Shown: positions 13,632 to 27,204, counted from the first letter of the stretch. The stretch: 64,000 nt of DNA from Podarcis liolepis (GCA_965112155.1 OZ218107.1), one strand, 5' to 3'. Notes: generated from the sequence alone by a model not told the origin. A program made the numbers and translations.

Positions 13632-16600
13632 GTACTAAATGCAGCCAACAGAGCCAAATACTATTGTTGCTAACAGTTCTAGTAGGGTGTGGTGTGTGAT
13701 TTTAAGCACAAAAGTGATGTGTGCTTAATCATTTCCCTTCCAGATACTTTCCTATGCCAAATCAAACACATACCAAATTGGTTTTCATTCCCCTCTTCAG
13801 TTCAAGATGCATATTTGTGACTAGCCTTAAATATTGTTGCACATAAAATTGTAGAAGGTGCATGAAGATTTATTGAACCAAGTTAAGCATTCAATATCTG
13901 AGCACGTTTCAAGCTGTAAAGTTCTTCTTCAGGGAAAAATTATTTGGCAAGTGTAGCTACATAAAAACATTCATTAAGCGTAACTCTTTTAAATTCAAGC
14001 AGTCCACTCTGATATATGAATCAGAAGATAGTTTCCTGGGCCAATCAATGCACTTTTGAAAATAATTTTGGGGTACTGAATGGGTGACTTTTTTTTAGGA
14101 CATGGATTCTCTGATGTTGTTAACAATGGATCATTAAGTCCAGGGAAACAGTAAATGCAAGTATTACACACTTTGAATGCAAGGCACTGCAAATCTGAGC
14201 TTGGAATACTAGTAATTGGCCTAAAGGACGTCTAATATTTCTCTTCCTTCAGAAAAGTTATGTTCTATTTCTGCCTCATTTTGCATTTTTTTAAAGTCAA
14301 CATGTATTTCATGTGCATTTTTGCTAATACACTTTTGAAAGCAATTTTATCTAATGTAATGCATTTTTTTAACATTATGTTTACAAATATACAGACTTCC
14401 CCATGAACTTTCCCCTAATGTATATGTTTTTTTAGTATTAATTTTTTGGTTGGAGGACAGTATTAAAAATTCAGAGAATGCAAATTTCAAATGATATTTG
14501 AGGTTTGCTTTGTGTTTTGATTCAGGAAGTGTGAATTGGGTAAGCTTGCTTTAAAATGTGAAATGAAATAATATCTTTCCAAGTTCTAGGAATGACAACA
14601 TTGTTTTTTGGGCCAAAGTGGATGAAATTTATAGGCACAAGAGCCCCATGAGACAATTGATTTAAGTCTGCCAAATTGCAGACAAATTAGTCCATGGGCT
14701 TTGCGTGAAGGCAGTAAGACATACTCATTTCCCTCAAGAGGGTTGCCTCTTGCTCTTTCTTACCTTAAATAATTAGGAGGTTGCCAAGTGGTTTGTGTTC
14801 TTTCTTGTGAATTTAAAAAATAATAATTTTATCTTCACACTGATTCTTTCCTTTTGGGTCCTTATGTCCTCTGATAGGTTTTCAAAATGTTGCCTGAACA
14901 GTTCTGGTGTTGTTAAAAGAGCAATGTATGATTTATTTATTTTTAAAATGAAGCTTTCTAAAAATCTCCAGTACTGTGTTTTAACAAACAACAATAAAGA
15001 ACTTTTCAATGCTCCTCAGGCCAGCTTCATTTCGTGCAAAGCCCATGGACCAGAGAAACAAAGAAATGGGGGAGGGGGACACCAAAGGATGCATAAAATG
15101 ACAGAAATGGCAGAGTGGCATGAGGCTTTGTGAGGGCCTTGATTTGAGTCGGGTGTTTATTGATATCATGTTTGGGAGGGAGAGAGAGACTCCCAAATCA
15201 CCCAAATCTGCATCATTGTTTGGGCTCCACGCAGCCCACCCCCCTTCTACTGCATAAATGCCCATGTTCAGATAGGACAGTTCTAAACCAGATGGACCAG
15301 CAGCTTTCTATGTTCACCCTGAAGATTTTTAATTTTTTTTGAAAGGGAGAATATAAATTTCTTAAATTATATTTTATAGTATTGCAACATATCCAACTAA
15401 AAGTTTTTTTTTAATACTGTATTTAGTTGTTTATTTTGTCTATGTGTATGTTGATAATATACAAGTATTTGTATGACTGAATTTAATCCATGGTGTTATA
15501 ATAATAGTGAGGAAATAAAAATATAAATGGATCATATTGATAAACTCAGTTATTGAGTAATGCAAATAAGCAAATGGCTCCATCTTCTATATTTGTTTTC
15601 CAAATTTGCACTGCTACTGTGGTGCAATATTTCAAATGAATTACTGCTTTGCTAAGATAGCATAAACATCCCTTGAGTAAATAAGACAAGGGCATTTTTC
15701 TTTTTGATGTGTAGATGCACTCAAAGCAAAAACTGATGAACAGGGACTTGCAGTAGTTAATGATCCTTTCCTATAAAGCTACTACGTGTGTTCTTTGGCT
15801 GTAGAAATGTAAATGCTTCTCTATTATGATAAAGTAAGTATTAAAAGCTCTTAGGAAACACATATTTCCTGATCTGATTCAGTGCTCAGTACAGCCATAT
15901 GATGTGTATGTTTGATTGGTATGGGTGGTTAAGTTAGGCTTTGACCACTATCATGTGATACTGCAATAGTAAGCACAATCTTACCTTGCTGGCCAACATA
16001 TTCTCTAAAAGAGTGGCTAGCAAACTAAGCCAATTTATCCATCTGTGAAATATTTCAAGGTCAACACTTTATTGGCTACAAGATTTCTAGCTAAAAAGAC
16101 TGAGGACGACAGTTTGGTAATGTTTGCTTACTGAGCGTGAAATGAAATTTAACAGTATGGCATGCCTACATTTGTAAATTTATTGTGGTTGTTTAGACTT
16201 CTTAGAAAATGAAATGTCAAACAGTCATCCTTAGCTTCCAAAAAGCATTGTGTTGTAAACCCCTACAGCTCAGCTTATTCTTTTTACCAATATGAGATTA
16301 TTTCCTCTTCACTAGAGTTTTTCTCATTTAAGGCTACTATTGTAGAAAATCATGTTTAAAACTGAAACATGGCAACCAGGTTGTTGACTAAGATCCTGAT
16401 ATTCCAGCATCAATATCTAAATATTTATGGACACAAACAATACCTACTTAATTTCAGACACTATTATTTTATCATGAATCTTATGATCTAAACAGAATGC
16501 AAAAAAACCCCAACCCATTTGTAGCTCTCTCAGTTGGGCAGTGAAGCTTGAAAAGTTGGTTTGTGTTTACCTTAAGCATTTACAAACAAGTGCAAGTAAG

Positions 16601-17530
16601 AAGTTTATCTCTATGCAAGGGCCCTATTTCTGAGGTATCCTAATTCAGGATTTATAAGCACTTGGAGCTAACACCTTGGGGACACACACACAGAGAGAGA
16701 GAGCGCTTTTATTAATGCTCAGGGTCACTGATGCGCGCTTAAGACTAAACCAGTAGGCATATAAAATTACAGATCAACTGATTCCTGGATGAGAGTTGAC
16801 ACTGGCACTTCACTTCTGCAACTGTAAATTGTAACATTGCAATGATTCACACTAAGGCTGCACACCAGGAAACTGGTTGAAGCACTCTCTACAAACCAGG
16901 ATTGTAAGCTAGAATAAAATTGTATTTTGCAGTCATAGTTTGTGGAGTGCTCTTAAACAACAGTTCCTAAGTAAGACGTTAGGAGAAACTCATTTAGCAA
17001 TCCAGGGAGTCTCTCTGCAGTTGGGTGCTTGAGAGGAGTAAGGCAGGAAGGAGAAGGAACCACTTGTGCTTATTGCACATTCTCACTGCAGCAAACCATG
17101 GTTTGTTAGACTAGAAATGTAACACATGAACTGAGCTGCTATGTGGCAGCCTGTGTTTCTTAAATTATATAATATAATAATTCACCATTTATACCCCGCC
17201 CATCTGGCTGAGCCTCCCCAGCCAAATTGTAAGTCATCTCATATTTCTTTCAATATCAGAAAAAAGTAATTGATATTGAGATTTCATAATACAGTATACA
17301 AATTTATTTAATACATTAAAAAAGAGTATTAACGAACCTCAATACTTTAGTTTGGTGACATCTGTTTGCTTGCAGGTGACATATAGTAATAGTCACTAAG
17401 CCGAAAGCTTCATTAATAGTGCCATGAATCCTTGCAAGTCCTCACAACTCTAAATTTACTCTAGCACATGCCTGACATTACAGACTGTACTATTAAATTG
17501 GTTTCTGGTAGAATTGTGCTTTCAGAGTAC

Positions 17531-17609
17531 GTTCTATATATTTCTGCTCAGAAGTAAGTCCTATTAAGTTCAGGGGGACTTACTGCCAAGTAAGCATGTA
17601 TAGAATTTC
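17531..17609. mobile_element. ~80-bp hairpin MITE (same family as 996-1080)
   Basis: GTAAGTCC...GGACTTAC core inverted repeat and TTCTATA/TATAGAA outer arms. Confidence 0.5.
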
Positions 17610-18038
17610 AGGGGCGTAGCCAGTGTTAATCATATTCAGAGCAGACCCATTGAAATAAATGGATATGACTAAGTTTGGGTCATTAAGTTCAGTGGGTCTG
17701 CTGTGAGAAAAGCTTGGCCCCCTCAGTTTCAAGCATCTAATTGGCAAGTCACATCTATATAGGCAAAAATGGCCATGGTGGTAATCCTGGTTTCTAAGAG
17801 TGGTTTATAAATATAGCAGAGGTTGTCGTCTGTGGAAAGCGATAAAGCCTTCTAGTGAAAATCATTTTCTCTCCCCCTCCCCAACTTCAGGGGAAGATAG
17901 CTCAACAGATCAAAAGCAACAAAATGTTTCATTTGACACGGTTATGTTTTAAGAATATCCAAAAAAGAATCACCCTTTTTTGCTTCCATACAGTATTGTT
18001 TTCATTGCTTGCCCCTGGTCCCACCCAGCGCACATGCG

Positions 18039-18040
<2 letters not shown>

Positions 18041-18070
<30 letters not shown>
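18041..18070. repeat. (CA)n microsatellite
   Basis: Directly visible. Confidence 0.95.
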
Positions 18071-18071
<1 letters not shown>

Positions 18072-19004
18072 GCTCCTACTTGTAAGGAAGAAAAAGATCT
18101 TTATTCATACAACTGACACTCCAGTATAGGCAGCAGGCACAGTGTCCAGGAGTCATGATTCAGGACTTTAGGAGCAAGGCAAGAAGTTCAGAACTGGATG
18201 GAAATGGCAAAGATGTCCCAACAAGCTTCGCTGCTCTTCCTGCCAAGCTTTTAAAAAATGAGGCATGGTGCGCTCACTTGTGGGACTTGTGGGAATGCTA
18301 AGATTGGAAGTGCACACTCTGTGGGGTGTATGTGTTAGGATATTTCCGTTCCACCTTAAAAGGGAGCGGGCTTTGTGAGTCACAGAGTCTGCGCATTTCC
18401 TGTTCACAGGATGTTTATGTTTCCTATTGCGTTCGTTTCTCTCTGTGTCTGGAGACACTGAAGCAGGCAGTCATGTTTTTCTTTGTTCTGATCAACGCTG
18501 AATAAAACTTGTAAATAATGCTCTCCTGCGTGCAACTTCTACTGTGCATTATCTGCTGATAAGAGCATGCACCAGCCCTGGTATGTGGCAAGCCATTTTC
18601 TGGAGCTCGTGTCGCTAATTGCTGATACTGCATGTCTACGGGAGATCGATGGACGCACCGGAGGCGACGTGAGGCCATGATGGACTTTGTCTCCCTGGCA
18701 GTATCCCAACATATCCCAACAGTATGTGTGGGGGGTCTGGTTCCATCTGTGAAGGGGGAACCTGCTTCTAGATGACAAGACTGCATCCTTCTATTCCAAC
18801 TCTGGTTCAGACACTACCATCTCTTGTTTAGCCTCCCCCTGGGGTGACCAAATTCTCCTCCAGCCTTCACTGAGGCTTCCTGCTCCACAGGAAGGTCACA
18901 GGGAAAATCTAGCATCCCTTTCTGCCCGAGATCCTCTCTGCCCCCAACCAAAGTCCCAACATTTCAACCCTCTTTCCTGTTTCTTCCAACATAAATAACT
19001 TTTC

Positions 19005-19037
<33 letters not shown>

Positions 19038-19291
19038 TTTAAACAGGGTGCCCCACCTATGTTATTGTTATTCTGTAATTGGGATTGCTACTGTTGTATT
19101 GGACAATGGACGGTTTGCAGTGCCTGAGCTGAACAACATCCTTGGCAGCTGCTGGTGCTGGCATGAAGACTCTTAATGCAATTGCAGCAATCTGCATGAC
19201 CTAGCTAGTTGTGTGGAACAGCCACCATTTGAAGGGTGTTTCAAGCAACTTCCAGGTGAGAGCTGTAATATTGCTGATGGGATGGTAGATA

Positions 19292-19560
19292 CAGTAGATG
19301 CTCGACGTTGCGACGTTGAGAACGTGATCCGCGCGGGATGCATGTTCGCAACTCGCAGCGTTCGCAACCTGCAGCAGTGCGTCTGCGCATGCACGGGTTG
19401 CGATTCGGCGCTTCTGCACATGCACAAAGCGTGATTTAGTGCTTCTGCGCATGCGCAACTGCCGAAACCCGGAAGTAACCCGTTCCGGTACTTCCGGGTT
19501 TCGGCGGTCCGTAACCCAAAAAAATGCAACCTGAAGCGGCTGTAACCCGAGGTATGACTG
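19292..19560. mobile_element. Tigger/pogo-like MITE, CpG-rich, with internal hairpin
   Basis: TA|CAGTAG...CTCG start and CGAGGTATGACTG|TA end (imperfect TIRs). Internal 17-bp perfect inverted repeat at 19461-19505. Confidence 0.75.
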
Positions 19561-20865
19561 TATAAAACTTTCCATCTGCAACAGCAGTTGGGCAATGGAA
19601 AAAGATTACTGAAAAAATTGTGGTATTGATTTTTTTTTCTTAAGGGAGACAGTGGATGGATGGCTGTCAAGAATTGTTTGTGACCCATAAATCCTTTCAC
19701 TGTATAAAAAATTGGTTCAGATGGCCTTGGAGGTCAGACTTATCTCTTAACACGCTGAGAAATACTACAGTGTGAGAAATGGGTATGATGCAATGGCTTT
19801 CAATGGACTGTGCTATCTGGTTGATGACTGAGGTTGTCAGAACAGAGTAATAATATGCATTTACATATATTTGGATGTTTCTTTGCCTTTCTGGGGTTTT
19901 TCAGCAATCATTACTTTTTAAACTTCTTTTCATTGTAGAACTTGCAAGGATAAGAAAAGTCTTAATTCCAGTGCATTTATTTCGTAATTAGTAGGATGGA
20001 AATAATTAGTGGAAAGTTTAAGTACTTCCAGTGTGAGTTAATAAACTTTAGATCCTTGCTTTGTTATTCATCTGAAGCTTCAGAAAAGCCGAGGCACTTG
20101 CAGTGCACTAAGAATATGGGTATATATTTGTCCTTTTTATCACTAACCAGAACTTACTTGTTTGAGCTCGCTGGCAGTAAAATCCTTCTGTTCATCATTG
20201 TTATCTTCATGCAGCAATAACTGGAAGAAGCTTTATGACTACAGACTGCTTTTGGCTTTCGGGAAGCTTTTTGGGCTTTATCCAGTGCTTTAACTTTGGT
20301 CCTATAGTTCTCTTAAACTTCTTGATATTCTCTATACTAAACAGAGTATAATATTTCCAAAAAAAACCCCAACACAAAAAAACTTTCCTCTAGAGGTAAT
20401 GTCTGCAATAGAAACTGAATTTTCACTTGGATTTTTGAGGATATTATCATTACATAATATCTATTAAATTTCTGTATCATTCTTCAACCGAGGATCACAG
20501 GGTGGTTTTCAGTATTAAAACACAAACAAAAATACCGCAATAACAAACAAAAGCAGAAACCCTCTCACACAGTTTAAAAGGCCATAGGTATTATTATTTA
20601 TTAGATTTAAGAAGAATTGCTTAGTTGCTCCAGCAAGGCACTGGTTAACTTTGCCTCACAGGGACACTGAGGAGAAGCAGTTCTATCTGGTGAGCCATGC
20701 AAGGGCAATAAAGCTTTAAATCAACTTAATATATTGTTGGACCTCATGTTTCAGAAGACTAATATGCTAATAATTGCCAGTAATGTATTGTGAGGAAGAC
20801 TGAAATTCACTTACCACATGGATGGCTCAGTTTCAAGAACCCATCTGACTTATATTCTAGCACTA

Positions 20866-21544
20866 CAGTGTTACCTCAGGTTACATACGCTTCAGGTTAC
20901 AGTCTCCGCTAACCCAGAAATATTACCTCAGGTTAAGAACATTGCTTCAGGATGAGAACAGAAATCGTGCTCCGGCGGTGCGGCAGCAGCAGCAGCAGCA
21001 GCGGGAGGCCCCATTAGCTAAAGTGGTGCTTCAGAGGAGGGCAACCAAAATGGTCAAAGGCCTGGAAACGATGCCTTATGAGGAACGGCTAAGGGAGCTG
21101 GGCATGTTTAGCCTGGAGTAGAGGAGGTTAAGGGGTGATATGATAGCCATGTTCAAATATATAAAAGGATGTCACATAGAGGAGGGAGAAAGGTTGTTTT
21201 CTGCTGCTCCAGAGAAGCGGACACGGAGCAATGGATCCAAACTACAAGAAAGAAGATTCCACCTAAACATTAGGAAGAACTTCCTGACAGTAAGAGCTGT
21301 TCGACAGTGGAATTTGCTGCCAAGGAGTGTGGTGGAGTCTCCTACTTTGGAGGTCTTTAAGCAGAGGCTTGACAACCATATGTCAGGAGTGCTCTGATGG
21401 TGTTTCCTGCTTGGCAGGGGGTTGGACTCGATGGCCCTTGTGGTCTATTCCAACTCTATGATTCTATGATTCTAGGTTAAGAACAGTTTCAGGTTAAGAA
21501 CAGACCTCCAGTACGAATTAAGTTCTTAACCTGAGTTACCACTG
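20866..21544. mobile_element. Tigger/pogo-like MITE interrupted by a CR1 insertion
   Basis: TIRs CAGTGTTACCTCAGGTTA / TAACCTGAGTTACCACTG with TA TSD. The MITE sequence (AGGTTAAGAAC repeats) resumes at about 21475, after the CR1 tail. Confidence 0.85.
21032..21474 (+). mobile_element. CR1 LINE 3' fragment
   Basis: Encodes the CR1 ORF2 C-terminus ([29 protein letters not shown]...RGDMIAMFKYIKG...RKNFLTVRAVRQWNLLPRSVVESPTLEVFKQRLD) and ends in the (ATTCTATG)n tail. Confidence 0.95.
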
Positions 21545-21546
21545 TA

Positions 21547-21849
21547 CATAGTATCATAGAATTCTAGAGTTGGAAGGTACCCTGAGAGCTCCCCTGTGAT
21601 GCAAGAATCTCAACTAGATCATACACGACTGGTGGCCATCCAACCTCAGCTTCAAAACCTCCAAGGCAGAAGAGTCTACTGCCTCTTTGGGGAGTCTCTT
21701 CCCTTGTCGAACAGCTCTTACTTTCAGAAAGTTCTTCCTGATATTTAGCCGGAATCTTCTTTCTTGTAACTTGAATCCATTTGTTCGGGTTCTAGCCTCC
21801 AGAGCAGGAGAAAACAAGCTTGCTCCAACTTCCATGCGGCAGCCCTTAT
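21547..21849 (-). mobile_element. CR1 LINE 3' fragment (different subfamily)
   Basis: Minus-strand translation RTRTNGFKLQERRFRLNIRKNFLKVRAVRQ...FK.RLD, with a degenerate CATAGAAT tail at 21547-21565. Confidence 0.9.
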
Positions 21850-23440
21850 CTGAGAAATAGGTGTAGGGCCACGCAGAAACACCCTGGCTCACCTGTTCAC
21901 ACATATATTTAACACTTGGGACCCCAAATGAGCCCTATAGACCTGGACTTCCCCTTTCTAGGCCCCGGGCCTAGACAAAAGGCAGGCCTGATGGCAGATA
22001 CAGAAGGAGCCTACTCAAAAGGAAGAGGTGCCAAGTGAAACTTGTAGCCCAGCTGAAGATCAGTAAAGGGTGGATCTGTTTGTACTAGCATAAAACCTCT
22101 CAGCCTCTTTCTATTTTAGTGTGATCTTTTGCTTTTAATGATCCCACATCCTCTTATTTAGCTCCTGTTTGGTAACTATGTAATTAAGTAACCCCACCAC
22201 CCTGTTCCGTGACAGAAATATATGTTAGCATGAGTAACTGAAGGGAGTAGTTACAGGATCCACTGATCAAATCTTGCAATGGAATTAAAATATTTAATTG
22301 AACGGACTGCAAGGCATGTAATAAAAATATTGGATACTGGATACTACGGTAGAATATAAGTGAGGACTCAATAATTATATGGTCTGCATCAGAATATGTC
22401 TAACTTGTTGTTTGATATTGCATTTAAATGGTTTCACTTCAGGCTCCTCTGCCTTATGAGCAGATATTTTCTAAACATATAATGTTGCAACTGTCACATC
22501 TCTTTGACTTAGAGCATGTATAATTGGCTGTGGTTTACTCTTTCTAGCTTCCATCCTTTCGCAAAAGAACTTATGCTGCAGAAACCATGTGTGGTGTTCA
22601 CAAAATGTCATGCAGATCATTAGACATCTAATTAGCTTTCATTCTTCACACTAAACATTGTGTAGAGATGATCTCCTGGGAGTCCATAAATTTATTTTAT
22701 GTTTTCAGACTTGAATTATTCTCCTTGTTCTCTGTTACCCTGAAATATGTTTCAAAACATATTTAATAGTATAAATAGTTGCTGTCGTACATCATGCGTG
22801 AATAATGGATTTCTTTTCCTTTCTTTACACTGCTGGCCCAACAGAGCAAAAAAATTTGCTCATGAGACACCAATAGAATCAAGGGGTTAAAATTACACAT
22901 GCATCTTTTAAAAAGAGGAAGATAAGTCCTTGATATGATTGTAGACAATAAAACAAAGTATTTCACCTCACACAGCATGGCTGACATGATGGCATTCAAA
23001 ATGCAATTTTGCTATGACTTTCAAGCATTTATCTGAAAGGGCCAGCCCCTTATTTACATGTTTAATATAAATACATATGCCTCTGCACCACAGTTGGCCT
23101 CATGGCCTTCAGCCAATCAAAGCATCTCTTGGAATAGAGAGGGAAACATGGTGACAGGAGATATGGGCCGGGTTTTAGGACCAAAACAAAAATGGATGAG
23201 TTGGGAAGGTGATTTCCTGGAAAAAGAACATTGAACATTGAAGGACTGGCAATGTGAATTATGCATGCTATGCAGTGGGATGGAATGATCTATCAATTTT
23301 GGTTCTCTCCATTTCTAAATTCAGTTATTCACATCTTGCAGCAATTTGCATTTATTTTTTAATTTCATGAAAATTCATCAGAATTTAAGTGTGAATTTGT
23401 ATTAATAAACACACACACACACACACACACAAGTTTTGAG

Positions 23441-23488
<48 letters not shown>

Positions 23489-23872
23489 TTTTTATTTGTA
23501 CCCCGCCCATCTGGCTGGGTTTCCCCAGCCACTCTGGGCGGCTTCCACAAATACCAAAAATACACCACTAATATGTCATACATTAAAAACTTCCCTGAAC
23601 AGGGCTGCCTTAAGATGTCTTCTGAATGTCAGGTAGTTGTTTATCTCTTTGACATCTGATGGGAGGGTGTTCCACAGGGCGGGCGCCACTACCGAGAAGG
23701 CCCTCTGCCTGGTTCCCTGTAGCTTTGCTTCTCGCAATGAGGGAACCGCCAGAAGGCCCTCGGAGCTGGACCTCAGCGTCCAGGCAGAACGATGGGGGTG
23801 GAGACACTCCTTCAGGTATACTGGACTGAGGCCGTTTAGGGCTTTAAAGGTCAACAGCAACACTTTGAATTG
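23441..23872 (-). mobile_element. L2-clade LINE 3' end with (TAA)n tail
   Basis: Translation FKVLLLTFKALNGLSPVYLKE...RAFSVVAPALWNTLP...FRRHLKAALF, plus a 3' UTR and (TTA)n tail at 23443-23487. Confidence 0.9.
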
Positions 23873-24424
23873 TAACATACACATTTTGCAAACAATTTCC
23901 CCTGATATAATGCATTTTTGTATGCTATGTTCACTAATAGCTTCATTTTATGCATTATTTCCCTTAATACGTGCATTTTTGTAAACACTGGATGGTTGGA
24001 GAACTGTATTGCAAAATTCGGAACAGTATGAATTTCAAGGGATAGCTATGTTTCGGTTCCCATATTATTTCAGAAACTGTGAATTGGATGAATTTGGCAC
24101 CAAACATGAACAGAATCCAGCTTTTCCTCTATTCCTAGCTATGCACTGCAGTATAAATGACTTTAGGTATGCAGCTTTCATACTAAAGAATATGCAGTGA
24201 TACCTGTATACCTTACAGTCATCTGCCATCAATAGATAAATCAACCAAGTATCTTTGACCAAGCTGCAGAGTCTCGTTCCCTCTCTTGCCTCTGCCATTG
24301 ATTTTGCCTGCACAGTACTGTATAATAAGGATGTACAGCAGCTTGTGAGCATGAAATCTGTTGGCAGCAGGTGATGTTTCCAGGGTTGTATAGGGAGGTT
24401 GGGGCCTGGCAGACCCAGCAGCTG

Positions 24425-24606
24425 AGGAACATATGAAGGCATCTTCTACTTGATTGGTTCATCTAGCCCAGATGCTGATGAGCAGTGACTCTCCAGCCTT
24501 TCAGGCAGGAGTCTCTCCCAGTCCCAGCCCTGCCAGGAGATGCCAGGAATTGAACCAGAAACCTTTTGCACATAAAGCATGTGTTCTACCACTGAGCTAC
24601 AGCCCA
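24425..24606 (-). mobile_element. tRNA-derived SINE (Squam3-like)
   Basis: Minus strand begins GGGCTGTAGCTCAGTGGTAGAACACATGCTT...GGTTCAATTCCTGGCATCTCC (A and B boxes), followed by a non-tRNA body. Confidence 0.8.
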
Positions 24607-24940
24607 GCACGCTGCCTTTCAGCTTGCTTACCATCAGGTCCAATATATATTTCAGTATGCTGATATGTCCAGAACACTCTTAATGGCATGAGAAAGTTAA
24701 TGTGGGCTGGAGTTGCAAGTCAGGCCCTGACCTGTGGTTCCATCCAAGACCTATGGGTTAGTGAGGACTCTCTCTATACATGTAGGCTGACCAGGGAAGA
24801 GGCTCTCACCATGACATTAATGCCCTTTGCCTTTTGATGCACCCAGGTCCTGCACAGGTTCTATTTATACGAAACATGGCTTCCAAGCAAGCTTGAGTTA
24901 CGAATTTCTTTTTAGCAAGTTAAAACAATTCTTTCAGGTT

Positions 24941-25191
24941 AGAAGAGAGTTTGGAGTTTGGATTTGATACCCCGCTTTATCACTACCCTAAGGAGTCTCA
25001 AAGCGGCCAACAATCTTCTTTCCCTTCCTCCCCCACAATAAACACTCTGTGAGATGAGTGGGGCTGAGAGACTTTAGAGAAGTGTGACTGGCCCAAGGTC
25101 ACCCAGCAGCTGCATGTGGAGGAGCGAAGACGCGAACCCTGTTCGCCTGATTACGAGATTACCGCTCTTAACCACTACACCACACTGGCTC
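24941..25191 (-). mobile_element. tRNA-derived SINE (Squam2-like), full length
   Basis: Reverse complement of the 12530-12774 element. Confidence 0.85.
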
Positions 25192-27204
25192 TTAGGAAGA
25201 TTCCATCCTATGTTGCCGTATAAGGAGTAGCAGTGATGGGGAAAGATGCTAGTAAGATGTGACAGCAAGTGATACCCAAGTGAAGGCTTGAATATCCTGT
25301 TACAGATTCTGGGTTGAGCTCTGGAACTGAAAGCAAGATCCTGGGGTGATCCTTTTTGAGCTCTGGCTCAAATTCAGCACTCAAATAGTAATGGATGAGG
25401 AGGAGCTGGTCAGTTCAGAGTGCTGGCTTTATGTGCTGGGGTTTCCCAGAAATGATGAATCAGTGAAGGGCTCCTTTACTGTAAATTAACGCCTAGCTGA
25501 GTTCACTGTCCAGTTTTAGAATGATGCTATAATTTTATTTTAACAGGAAGTCTAAGCAATTTCCACATAATGCGAGGACAGCCATTTTTTTTTAGTTCTA
25601 AGATAAGGTGATAATTTGGTTGATACATGGCGATGACCAGTGTGACAGGGCAGAGTGCAGTGAAATGGCTTCCAGTGCTGACCAGTGACCAAGGGAGAAG
25701 TGTATACTATATTGGTGGTTGTTGCTGATATGCAGGGGTAGTGTGGATACTGCTAAGGAATGGCCAGGAGAACTTTGTGTGACCCAACAATGTTTGCCCA
25801 TGCCTGTGTATTGCTTGCACAATATTTCCTGAACTGAAGTATGCTATACTCTGCTGCCTTTCAGTGACCACCAATACAGATCTGGAGCCCTCAGCCCAGT
25901 GGTCAGTGCTCTGTATCAGTGACCGTGCAGTGCACTCACTTCCCACCTTGTTTCCACTTCTGATATACTAATTGCATTCCAGTCTTACATCGCAAACTGA
26001 TACTTCCTGGTGATAAAGGATCCCCCCCACTCCAATTTTGCTGGAGTAGAGAGGGTTGCAAAATCATTTCTGGCAAATGTTATTCTGATTGGACTTAAAT
26101 CAACATGCCTTAGGTTTTTTTTTGTTTTTGCTGTAAAAGAGGCTTTGATTTTGTTAGAAATTCCTTTCTTATCTTAGCAAATGCTTGTGGAATGGCATTC
26201 AAGCAGAACACATTGATAATTCTTTCAAGCTCTGAAAGTAGGTTTAAAGAAGAACACACACAGCTCACGTGTTTTCTTAAGTTTGAAAACTCACCCAAAA
26301 TTTTTTAGGATGCCTGGTTTAAAACAGTGAGGCATATGCTGTGTTTATGATATAGCTTCCTTTGTTTGTTCGCTTGATATAAGTATGCTTTGCTTAATCT
26401 GTGAGGAGTCTTTCTATGTATTGCAATATTTAGTTCGCATAATGATTGAAATATATCAATGCCCAATGGGTAAATGTGTCATATAGAAGCAGCTGCCAAG
26501 GTTTCTCCCCGCTGCTCCAATTAACACATTCAGTACACGCTTGCCAGTGAGTGGTCTGTGTATATGGATTAAACCACTTTTCTGTTTGTTCAGGCTGCAT
26601 TGTATGGTATTCAGAAACGATGTGTTCCTTGTTAATTGTTCTGCAAACCAAAGAAGAGAAGACAAGAGAGAAAAATCACATGACATTTGAAGGTGTGCAA
26701 CTGCAAATAATAAGGTAGTAAATATTAGGTTGCAGAAAACCTCTTCTACTTTCAGATGTGGTTCAGTCCATTGAGTAACGTTTATCTCCGCCCCTCTGTC
26801 CCCTCTTCAAATGATGGAGACACAGAATAGTGAAATTCTAGTGCTGGGATTCCTCTTGCTGTCAGGCAGATCTTTTGAACTTTGTTCCGTTTATTTATTA
26901 GAGCGTGTTTGACACGAAGAGCATACCTTTTCAGCTGATGGTTTTCTCTTTATAAATATTTGTTTTCAGACTGAAATGGTCTCTTCGGTTCTTTCTGTTC
27001 AGATCTGGCAAAGGTAAAGCAGCGAGTGTCCTTTATTGTCAGAGCTTAAACTGATTTTTGAATGGTGCCAAGCTGGCTGGTCAAAGGGGCCAGTTCTCCT
27101 GTATTTGCTGCTCATTCATGCTCAGGCTGCTTTTTGTGAAGTGCAGCTGTTGGCCAAAACCAACAAAGGGTACACAGACCTGATATTGTGGGCTGCTGAA
27201 TGAG

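Noticed and set aside
19173-19700. 175-aa and 126-aa ORFs
   Set aside because: They span a GC-rich MITE, with no recognisable protein features or splice structure.
23365-23636. Poly-Leu and poly-Ile ORFs
   Set aside because: These are translations of the (TAA)n tail of an L2 element.
24540-24606. tRNA gene look-alikes (also at 12530, 52582 and 54792)
   Set aside because: A and B boxes are present, but each continues into a SINE body and tail repeated elsewhere in the window. No complete cloverleaf is evident.
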